A stretch of DNA of 64,000 nt, from NCBI GenBank assembly GCA_946624325.1, contig CAMOSC010000001.1:1646-65645 (forward strand). Reading direction: 5' to 3'. Of this stretch, positions 19,126 to 26,575 are shown one piece after another. A program made the translations under genes and the position numbers. The notes beneath the pieces were generated by a model that was not told the origin of the DNA, searched no databases, and worked only from the letters and a program-made list of their open reading frames with translations. The DNA is from an uncultured Clostridia bacterium. Lineage in GTDB: Bacteria; Bacillota; Clostridia; Lachnospirales; Lachnospiraceae. The stretch's first letter is position 1. Each line of letters starts with the position of its first letter.

Positions 19126-19443
19126 ATGGAAAATACCGATAACAGGCAGACACCTTTGTCTGATCAGGAAAAAAACGGAACTGCGGCCGCGCCAAACCCG
19201 GCCTCCGTCCCCCGCACAAAAGGGCAGCGCATTCTTGCGCTCATCGGCGTTGTCATTCTCGCCGCGCTCTATCTCACCGCATTAATCAGTTCTTTTTTTG
19301 ACAGCGACTTTGCACGGTCCATGCTCATGGCCGCGCTATTCTGCACCATTGTCATCCCCGCCATGATCTATCTCTTCGGCAGGACCCTCGCCTGGTTTTC
19401 CGGGAAAGACACGCGCAAAGACAAAAGGCAGACGGATCAGTAA
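19126..19443 (+). CDS. Small two-TM hypothetical membrane protein
   Basis: RBS AAGGA; RILALIGVVILAALY...MAALFCTIVIPAMIY hydrophobic segments. Confidence 0.7.
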   Translation: MENTDNRQTPLSDQEKNGTAAAPNPASVPRTKGQRILALIGVVILAALYLTALISSFFDSDFARSMLMAALFCTIVIPAMIYLFGRTLAWFSGKDTRKDKRQTDQ

Positions 19444-19462
19444 CCGTCTGCCTTTTGTCTTT
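19417..19462. terminator. Perfect 19-bp inverted repeat overlapping the ends of two convergent genes
   Basis: AAAGACAAAAGGCAGACGG-ATCAGTAA-CCGTCTGCCTTTTGTCTTT. Confidence 0.65.
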
Positions 19463-20123
19463 AAAAAAAATATCCCATCCCGCTGCGATCCATTCTGGCC
19501 TTCCTGCTCGTATCATTCCTGAGCGTATCATCATCGATTTCCAGGATATACCGCTCATACCCATTGATAATCTCTGTCTTCCCATACGCAGAGCGGCGCT
19601 TAAAGCCGTCGCTGTAATTGGCGTGCACATGTCCGTGCAGGAAATAGCGCGGGGCATAGCGGTCCATGAGCTTCACGAACACCTCAAAGCCCGTATGCGG
19701 CATATCCGTCCCGTCATTGATACGGTACGCCGGCGCATGTCCCACCAGGATATCGAAGCCATGGCTTCTGTGCAGCTTCCAGCGCAGCTTCTTCGCACGC
19801 TTATGCATCTCTTTCTGGGTATACATATACGGCCCCGGTTTGTAGCGCAGGCAGCCGCCGAGGCCCAGTATTCTCAGGCCCCGGAAGCAGTAGATTTTAT
19901 CGTCGATGTCAATGCAGCCCTCCGGCGGGTCTGTCTCGTAACGGTTGTCATGGTTCCCGTGGATATACAGCACCGGCGCTTTGGTAAAGGTAGCAAGAAA
20001 GGACAGATAGCTGGCTTTTAAATCCCCGCAGGAAATGATCAGGTCGATCCCGTCCAGCTTGGATTTTTCAAAATAATCATACAGGCCCTTTGATTCGACA
20101 TCTGCAAGAATCAGAATTTTCAT
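19461..20123 (-). CDS. Calcineurin-like metallophosphoesterase
   Basis: ILADVE, SCGDL, IHGNHD, GHAP, LHGHVH; ATGA overlap with the upstream gene. Confidence 0.9.
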   Translation of the reverse strand: MKILILADVESKGLYDYFEKSKLDGIDLIISCGDLKASYLSFLATFTKAPVLYIHGNHDNRYETDPPEGCIDIDDKIYCFRGLRILGLGGCLRYKPGPYMYTQKEMHKRAKKLRWKLHRSHGFDILVGHAPAYRINDGTDMPHTGFEVFVKLMDRYAPRYFLHGHVHANYSDGFKRRSAYGKTEIINGYERYILEIDDDTLRNDTSRKARMDRSGMGYFF

Positions 20124-22045
20124 TTCACGGTTTCCTCTTCCGGCGGTATGACGCCCTGCACATCCACCAATGCCTTTCCTTCTTCGTTCAGGGTATTCCA
20201 TTCCGGAAGGGATCCTACGACATTCTCCGCAAGCCAGTTCATGCTGATGATATCCGCCGGAGACAGATGTTCATGCTCTTCCTGGCTGATCACGCCTTCC
20301 TGCGTGGCAATCGGCCCGGTAAACGGGCGGAAATCACCGTTGCAGATATTCAGGCGGACCAGGTCCACCAGCTGCCTGACGGGAGCAGGAATCTTATTGG
20401 AGCACACAAGCTCTATGGCCCCGGCCTTCAGTCCCCACCAGTAGCCCAGTGCCAGACCGTCCGAATCCTCCGCGGCGAATCCGCCGTCTATGATGCTCTG
20501 AACCAGCTTCCGGTACATCTCACCCCAGTGCCAGGTAGCCATGGCCAGATTTTCCGGCGTGTCGTTTTCCAGATTGATCAGGCCGAACAGGCGGTGATCC
20601 GCATCCAGCTTCACCATCTCCTGGGTGGAAACGATGTGGACGCCCCATTTCTTAAAGTGCGTCAGGATCTCCTCCACCGGCGTAACGCTGGTCCACTCCA
20701 GATACACCTTTGCGCGCGGGTTGACCATTTTTGCCCCTGCCGCAAAGGCGTTGATATTTGCGATCATGCCCGAGATGGGATAATCCGCGATATAACCGAT
20801 GGCTCCGTCGCGGCTGACAGCGCCGGCAATCATTCCCGCCAGGAACTTCGCCTCGAAAAGCCGTGCATAATAGGTGCGCACGTAGCGGTGGGCCGGATTG
20901 ACCGAGCAGTTGAGGATTTTTACCTCCGGATGGCGCACCGCGGCCTTCAGGCTTCCCTCAAGAAACTGCGGCGTAGTGGTGAAGATGACGTCGCTCTTTA
21001 AGGCGACAGCCGCTTCCAGGGCCTTCTCCAGGGACTCCCCGGGCTGTATATTGTCCATGCAGACGGTTTCAACCTGGTCTCCAAAGACATCATCCAGATG
21101 CAGCCTTCCGAGTTCATGGCTGTAGGTCCAGGCAGAACTGTCCTTCGTCTTTTCATGAATGAAGGTAATCTTCAGCTTCCTGCTGCTGCCCGGTGTCAGC
21201 AGCCGCTCAATGAAATTCTTTTTCGGCGCCTCGGCGGGCTCCGTCACAATCTCCGTGGGCTGCGGAACCGCCAGAAGCTGGATATCCTCCCAGATCTTGT
21301 CGATATCGCCGCGCAGCTTGGACGGCATGGCCTCGCATAATTCCTGATAGGAATACATCTGCAGGTACACCAGCATGGCGTCAGCCGGCTGGACCTTCGG
21401 GGAATCCCCGCATTTTTCGGAATAGGCCTTTGCAAAGCGCACATATGCGGAACGCAGATTCTGCAGCTCCTCCTCGCTGTATTCCGTACTCCCGCTCTTG
21501 CCCATCATCTTCTCCAGCTCGGCGTAGCTTCCCGGCTCGGAAAAGATGAGATAATTTACGCCGGTTTTCCGGTTAAAATCCAGATATTCGAAGTACAGGC
21601 GGTTCTCGGGTTCATCCGTCCGCTTCGGGATCATGCGGGTGACGCTGCCCTGGATGGTGACGGCATCAAAAAACTTCAGCACGCTGACCCGCTTGTTGCC
21701 CTCTATGACATAATACCGGTTCATGAACTCGATCGCCTTGATGGGATCGCGTATTCCCTCATCAATATGGGCCTTGCACAGGGTGGACCACTTGGAAGCG
21801 AACTCGGAGCCCGAAGAAAGCAGGGGCATGAAATTCGGCGCAAAAGCGGTACGCCGTCCGGCGGAATAGGTTCCCACGATCAGCTCCGCGGGAATCTGGA
21901 TGATTCCCAGCTTCTGCTCGGAAACCACTTCCGCGTGGGAAAGGATCTCCTCCAGTACCTGCAGATAGGGATATTTCCCCTCAAACAGATATTTCTGATA
22001 GCATCTCTGACCCAGACGCCGGGCCTTATCGTATTCATCTGACAT
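20120..22045 (-). CDS. Fusion of an N-terminal ParB/Srx-like domain and a C-terminal BMP/PnrA-like ligand-binding domain, no signal peptide
   Basis: IP.ELIVGT...F.P...KW...DPI...YYVIEGNKRVSV (ParB-like GxxR); then SAWTYSHELGRLHL, DVIFTTT, FLAGMIAG, INAFAAGAKMVNP, WHWG, YWWGL (BMP family). Confidence 0.8.
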   Translation of the reverse strand: MSDEYDKARRLGQRCYQKYLFEGKYPYLQVLEEILSHAEVVSEQKLGIIQIPAELIVGTYSAGRRTAFAPNFMPLLSSGSEFASKWSTLCKAHIDEGIRDPIKAIEFMNRYYVIEGNKRVSVLKFFDAVTIQGSVTRMIPKRTDEPENRLYFEYLDFNRKTGVNYLIFSEPGSYAELEKMMGKSGSTEYSEEELQNLRSAYVRFAKAYSEKCGDSPKVQPADAMLVYLQMYSYQELCEAMPSKLRGDIDKIWEDIQLLAVPQPTEIVTEPAEAPKKNFIERLLTPGSSRKLKITFIHEKTKDSSAWTYSHELGRLHLDDVFGDQVETVCMDNIQPGESLEKALEAAVALKSDVIFTTTPQFLEGSLKAAVRHPEVKILNCSVNPAHRYVRTYYARLFEAKFLAGMIAGAVSRDGAIGYIADYPISGMIANINAFAAGAKMVNPRAKVYLEWTSVTPVEEILTHFKKWGVHIVSTQEMVKLDADHRLFGLINLENDTPENLAMATWHWGEMYRKLVQSIIDGGFAAEDSDGLALGYWWGLKAGAIELVCSNKIPAPVRQLVDLVRLNICNGDFRPFTGPIATQEGVISQEEHEHLSPADIISMNWLAENVVGSLPEWNTLNEEGKALVDVQGVIPPEEETVK

Positions 22046-22071
22046 ATCTATAATGAACCTCCGTTTTTTTT

Positions 22072-22103
22072 GTAATTTTTCAGAGTCAGGCGCAAATCTG
22101 TGA
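22072..22103 (+). repeat. Family A fragment (one end)
   Basis: GTAATTTTTCAGAGTCAGGCGCAAATCTGTG matches the start of 26060 and 26358. Confidence 0.6.
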
Positions 22104-22253
22104 ATACGCCGCATCGTAAGAACAGGCGCAGAACGCTGATCTTACAGGCATTATCTAACCACGAACCAAGTACTCTTGTCAAGCCGCTTTTTCACGGAAA
22201 AATTGCAATCCTCTTAAAAAAATATTACAGTATATTACACTTTTCCCTTTCCC

Positions 22254-22282
22254 TTGCCTTTTTGACAGAAACGTGCTATAAC
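22254..22282 (+). promoter_or_regulatory. SigA-type promoter upstream of the amidase
   Basis: TTGCCT-17 bp-TATAAC with TG extension. Confidence 0.55.
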
Positions 22283-22503
22283 AAGAACGTATGTATGCTC
22301 TGAAAGTGGCTTATTTACTTGTCTTCCGTCACCCGGACAAAACCGGAAAGGATGTTTTTGTGCTGTTATGCATCCCAATGGAATTTCCGGTGCGGAACGG
22401 CAGTCCGAATCACATATTCTTTTCCCCTGAGCCCGGAGCTTTATCAGGCGCATGATTCCGGGGCTCTGTCTCTCCTTAACAGCACAGAAACGAGGCATAA
22501 ACC

Positions 22504-23700
22504 ATGAAACGTTTCGCCATCAGCCGACGTATTGCTGTCTTTGCCGCAGCCGCGCTTCTGGCGCTTTCCGGCTGCAACGACAATTCCACAACCAACAGGG
22601 GACAGCAGCTGCCCGTCCTTCCTGCGGTTACAACCACTGACGCCGCAACCGAAGAACAAACCACTATCGCTCCGGTCACGGAGGAGGAAACCACACAGGC
22701 ACCCGTCACGGAGGAGCCTACGGAAGAAATCACTACCGAGGCCGTAACCGAAGCACCTGCCGAACCGCCTGCGGAAAGCCTGGCGGTTGATACGCACTGG
22801 TATGTCAATGCCGACACCCTGAACCTCAGGCAGGGCCCCTCCACGGATACGGCCGTGGTCGACAAGCTTTACCGGGGCGAAGAAGTGCTGATTCTGGGCA
22901 TTGAAGGTGAATGGGCCAATGTATTCTACCACACCGGAAATACCGGCTATATCAACATCAATTACCTGGTCAATACCAAAGCGGCAGCCATGGAGAACGC
23001 TCCCGCGGCCGATCCGAACGCACAGCCGCCTGCACCCGACAGCGGTCAGGCTTCCCAGCCGGCCCCGGCCGGCCACATTATCTGCATAGACGCAGGCCAC
23101 CAGGCTTACGGAATCAGCGAAACCGAGCCCAACGGCCCCGGCTCCAGCGTTATGAAAGCCAAGCTCACCACCGGAACCTCCGGCGTGGTGACCGGCGCCG
23201 CAGAGCGTGATCTGAACCTCACCATTGCACTCGGGCTTGAACAGGAGCTCATCGCCCGCGGGTACCAGGTGGTTATGATCCGCCGCACCAACGACTGCAC
23301 CCTGAGCAATAAAGAGCGCGCCGAGGTGGCTAATTCCAGCGGCTGCGAGGTCTTCCTGCGCATCCATGCCAACAGCTCGGACAATCCCGACGTCTCCGGC
23401 GCCATGTTCTATGCGCCGTCTCCGGCCAATCCCTACATGAGTGCCGAGCTGATCAATGCCAGCAACGCGCTCTCACAGACCCTGCTCAACGTCTTCTGCC
23501 AGACAACCGGCGCAGTAAACCGCGGTCTTCTGCAGGATGACACCATGACCGGCATCAACTGGTGCCAGGTACCGGTGACCATAGCCGAGATGGGCTTCAT
23601 GTCCAACCCCGATGAGGACCAGCGCATGCAGGATCCCGCCTATCAGGCCCTCATGATCAAGGGCTTTGCCGACGGTCTTGACCGTTATTTCGGCAGATAA
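22504..23700 (+). CDS. Lipoprotein N-acetylmuramoyl-L-alanine amidase (Amidase_3) with SH3b domain
   Basis: Lipobox LSGC; T/E-rich linker; VNADTLNLRQGPST (SH3b); IDAGH, E.DLNL, RIHAN, IAEMGFMSN. Confidence 0.92.
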   Translation: MKRFAISRRIAVFAAAALLALSGCNDNSTTNRGQQLPVLPAVTTTDAATEEQTTIAPVTEEETTQAPVTEEPTEEITTEAVTEAPAEPPAESLAVDTHWYVNADTLNLRQGPSTDTAVVDKLYRGEEVLILGIEGEWANVFYHTGNTGYININYLVNTKAAAMENAPAADPNAQPPAPDSGQASQPAPAGHIICIDAGHQAYGISETEPNGPGSSVMKAKLTTGTSGVVTGAAERDLNLTIALGLEQELIARGYQVVMIRRTNDCTLSNKERAEVANSSGCEVFLRIHANSSDNPDVSGAMFYAPSPANPYMSAELINASNALSQTLLNVFCQTTGAVNRGLLQDDTMTGINWCQVPVTIAEMGFMSNPDEDQRMQDPAYQALMIKGFADGLDRYFGR

Positions 23701-23716
23701 TGCGGACAGAAGCTTA

Positions 23717-23871
23717 GGAACTGTCCATCAATAACTTAGGAAAAATGCTTGTCTAAATTCCGCCCTGACTTCGTTGTCGTCAGTTGGCGATGCCCGCATC
23801 GCCGCCTTCCTCCGCCTTGCAGGACGAAATTTATCCTTCGCCTTTTTCCTAAGTTATTTTCGTACAGTTCC
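23717..23871. mobile_element. MITE family C, 155 bp, flanked by TTA duplication
   Basis: Imperfect ~32-bp TIRs GGAACTGTccatcAATAACTTAGGAAAAA / GGAACTGTacgaaAATAACTTAGGAAAAA (reverse complement); C-TTA|element|TTA-G. Confidence 0.75.
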
Positions 23872-23876
23872 TTAGG

Positions 23877-23966
23877 TATAGTGAACGCCAGAAAAAACCT
23901 GGCGGACACTGTAAGCCCTGGCGGTGCGCATACCCCCTCGGGCATACCCCTTCGGGCACAGGCAGG
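23877..23966 (+). repeat. Repeat family D copy with two 14-bp hairpin units
   Basis: TATAGTGAACGCCAGAAAAAACCTGGCGGACACTGTAAGCCC matches the reverse complement of 30120-30164 and 32605-32647. Confidence 0.85.
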
Positions 23967-24017
23967 CAGGCCGGCAGGCGGAAAGGATGCCGGTCCTGAA
24001 CAGCTGCAGCTTATATC

Positions 24018-24047
24018 AAAAACCCCGCTCGAACGGCGGGGTTTTTT
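24018..24047. terminator. Bidirectional intrinsic terminator
   Basis: AAAAACCCCGC-loop-GCGGGGTTTTTT between convergent genes. Confidence 0.75.
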
Positions 24048-24078
24048 CTGTTCGGATATCCGGCAGGCGTGAACCGGC

Positions 24079-25323
24079 TTATTTCCGGACCATCTTTCCG
24101 TATACATAATCGCTCTGGGTATTCACTACCCGGGAACCTTTTTCATTGAAGGTGTAGGGGAAGACCATATAGAAGTTCCAGCTGTCCGCCGAGGCTTTCA
24201 GATCCGTGAAGTTCGTCTTGGTGACCACATATTTGTATGAGAAGCTGCCGCTGTTTCCGACGCGGCTGTAGATAATATAGCCGTCCGCATTCGGAACCGG
24301 GTTCCATTCGATTGTCACGCCCAGCGTATGGGATCTGGCCCTGAAGCCGGTGGCCTTGGCGGGCTTCGGCGTCTCCGCGCCTCCCTGTACGCCGGTCACC
24401 GTCACATCAATCCGGACGTTTCCGCCCATCATGGTGCCGGTAATCACAGCACTTCCCGCTTTACCGGAAACGATGTTGTTTCCCTGCACCTGGGCTACGG
24501 AGGGGTTGGAGGAGGTCCAGCTGATGCAGGGACTGATTTTCATGCTGCCGGACGGCCATATGGCACTGTGTGCAAAGCGGGCGCTTACCGCAGGAAGTCC
24601 GAGGGAGGAACCCGCAGCCATGGTAACCGAATTCGATGCCGCTTCCAGAATGATATTTTTGAAATATCCGTTGCTGCCCTGAACCGTTACGATGCAGTCG
24701 TTATTGTTGGCGGGGGTGGCTGTCGGCTGGAGATTCAGGCCTCCGAAAACCTGCGCCCAGTAATGGGTTCCGTTCACAATCACATGTCCGATGCCAACCG
24801 CGGTATATTTGTCGCTGAGCATGTTCCTGCGGTGACCCTGCCCCGCGTAATTCTTGTTTTCCTCGCAGAGTACATTGAACGCATTCGCCGCATTGGCAGA
24901 GCCGGCAGCGAGATTTTCTCCCACGCTGCATCTGTAACCCTTCTCGGTCAGCAGAGCGAATACGTAATTTCCTGACGGGCGGAGATGATCCCAGCGTACA
25001 GCGGCTTCCACTGCCCGCTGCATGGCAATTTCTTCCAGCGTATAATCATAGCTGAGCGCTTTCAGTCCGCTGTAATTTCTTTTGGCTCCGCTCTCTGTCA
25101 GGGCCCATGCCTTTTCGGGATTGGTGCGGAGTTCGTTGATCATCGCCAGCATGTTTCTGGCATCGTTCTGGCGGAACTGAACCGGAACATCAATGGCGGA
25201 AGCATCGGCCAGGGCTTCGCTCGTATAAGCGGCCTTTGCGGTCTGTGCCGGAACCACGGACAGGGTAAGCAGGATCATGGAAATAGCTGCCGTAAGTTTT
25301 TTTCTGAATCCGAATCGCCTCAT
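24079..25323 (-). CDS. Secreted CAP (SCP) domain protein with Ig-like (Big_2) and FN3-like domains
   Basis: Signal peptide; MINELR, AMQRA.E, DHLRPSG, GENLAAG, GHRRNML, YWAQVF; WTSSNPSVA; W..V.NADGYIIY. Confidence 0.85.
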   Translation of the reverse strand: MRRFGFRKKLTAAISMILLTLSVVPAQTAKAAYTSEALADASAIDVPVQFRQNDARNMLAMINELRTNPEKAWALTESGAKRNYSGLKALSYDYTLEEIAMQRAVEAAVRWDHLRPSGNYVFALLTEKGYRCSVGENLAAGSANAANAFNVLCEENKNYAGQGHRRNMLSDKYTAVGIGHVIVNGTHYWAQVFGGLNLQPTATPANNNDCIVTVQGSNGYFKNIILEAASNSVTMAAGSSLGLPAVSARFAHSAIWPSGSMKISPCISWTSSNPSVAQVQGNNIVSGKAGSAVITGTMMGGNVRIDVTVTGVQGGAETPKPAKATGFRARSHTLGVTIEWNPVPNADGYIIYSRVGNSGSFSYKYVVTKTNFTDLKASADSWNFYMVFPYTFNEKGSRVVNTQSDYVYGKMVRK

Positions 25324-25480
25324 GATGTTCTCCTTTATCTCACATATTTCAGATTATCTGCCATAAATGTTACTGTTTTTTCTTGCCGGAGAAGTTCTTT
25401 CTCTCTTTGTTTTTGCTTATGGCTCTATTTTAGGAGACAATGGTTACATCATTGGTTACATCATGACAAATAATAAAAAA

Positions 25481-25593
25481 TTCCGGAAATGGCGTATTTC
25501 CATTTCCGGAGTCCGACTCTGAACAGGAACAAAATGTGACGCCCTTCAGATTCAGGCTTTCGCCTGAATCTGCATCTGACTCTGAACAGCAAC
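25481..25593 (+). repeat. Two family A right-end fragments in tandem
   Basis: TTCCGGAAATGG..CCATTTCCGGAGTCCGACTCTGAACAGGAAC, then ...TGCATCTGACTCTGAACAGCAAC. Confidence 0.7.
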
Positions 25594-25627
25594 AAATCTC
25601 CTGCACCGGCAGAGCCGGACGCACGGA

Positions 25628-26008
25628 TTACTCTGAAGCATCCCCGCCCTCTCTCAGGTATTTCGCGAGTTCCCTCCTGTCCCAGTCCTCCAGGGAATGC
25701 TCCCCCGCCAGCCGTTCCACATGGTGCTTCAGTTCATGACGAAGCACCTCCCGGATGCGTACCCGCAGCTGCTCCTCCGGAAGAAAGCCGTACAGGCGCT
25801 CCATGCTGCCGTAGTAAATAACGATCCGGCACCCGGTCTGATGGCTGTACTGGTACTCCCCCGCAATATAGAGATCGTTCCCCCGTGCGTACGGGCTGTA
25901 TTTGACTTCCGGTGCTATGATTACGCCTCCGTTCAGCTCCCCGAAAAATCTCTCCGGGATCTGCTCTGCCTCATCCTGCAGTATTTCCTGAAAACGCTCG
26001 TACTCCAT
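25628..26008 (-). CDS. Zincin-like metallopeptidase family protein
   Basis: GEY...IVIYYGS...VLRHELKHH (HExxH). Confidence 0.8.
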   Translation of the reverse strand: MEYERFQEILQDEAEQIPERFFGELNGGVIIAPEVKYSPYARGNDLYIAGEYQYSHQTGCRIVIYYGSMERLYGFLPEEQLRVRIREVLRHELKHHVERLAGEHSLEDWDRRELAKYLREGGDASE

Positions 26009-26059
26009 CTTCTTTCCTTTCAAGGCTGCGACTGTTCTATGGTAACGTCATAAAAACAT

Positions 26060-26212
26060 GTTACTGTTCAGAGCCAGGCGCAAATCTGAGGAAAATCATG
26101 GATTCCGCTGGCGGAAATCCATGATTTTCCTCAGATTTGCATCTGGCGAGCACGCCACAATTTCAGAAATGGCGCTTTATGCCATTTCTGAAATCTGGCT
26201 CTGAACAGTAAC
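26060..26212 (+). mobile_element. MITE-like repeat family A, full copy with perfect 8-bp TSD
   Basis: AAAAACAT|GTTACTGTTCAGAGCCAG...CTGGCTCTGAACAGTAAC|AAAAACAT. Confidence 0.92.
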
Positions 26213-26314
26213 AAAAACATAAAAGGGACTTACAGCTGAATTACATCATACCATAAAAATCTCCGGCAGGATGCACAGCGATTATTTTCCATACTCCCCG
26301 ATCTGTAGAAGGAT

Positions 26315-26343
26315 TTGACAAACCGCCCCTGCTGCGCTATGAT
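26315..26343 (+). promoter_or_regulatory. SigA-type promoter for the GH106-like gene
   Basis: TTGACA-17 bp-TATGAT. Confidence 0.75.
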
Positions 26344-26357
26344 TTTAATGATAGCAT

Positions 26358-26511
26358 GTTCCTGTTCCGAGTCAGGCGTAAATCTGTGTGCAATCATGGA
26401 TTCAGCTGGCTGAAATCCATGATTGCACACAGATTTACATCTGGCGAGCACGCCACAACTCCGGAAATGGCTGCTTTTGGCCATTTCCGGAATCTGGCTC
26501 TGAACAGTAAC
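26358..26511 (+). mobile_element. MITE-like repeat family A, full copy in the 5' leader
   Basis: TIRs present; flanks GATAGCAT / GATAGGAT (7/8). Confidence 0.9.
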
Positions 26512-26575
26512 GATAGGATAAGTAATAGAAAAAAATCATATACACTGTTGCCAGCCCCAGGACAGGAGACAATTC

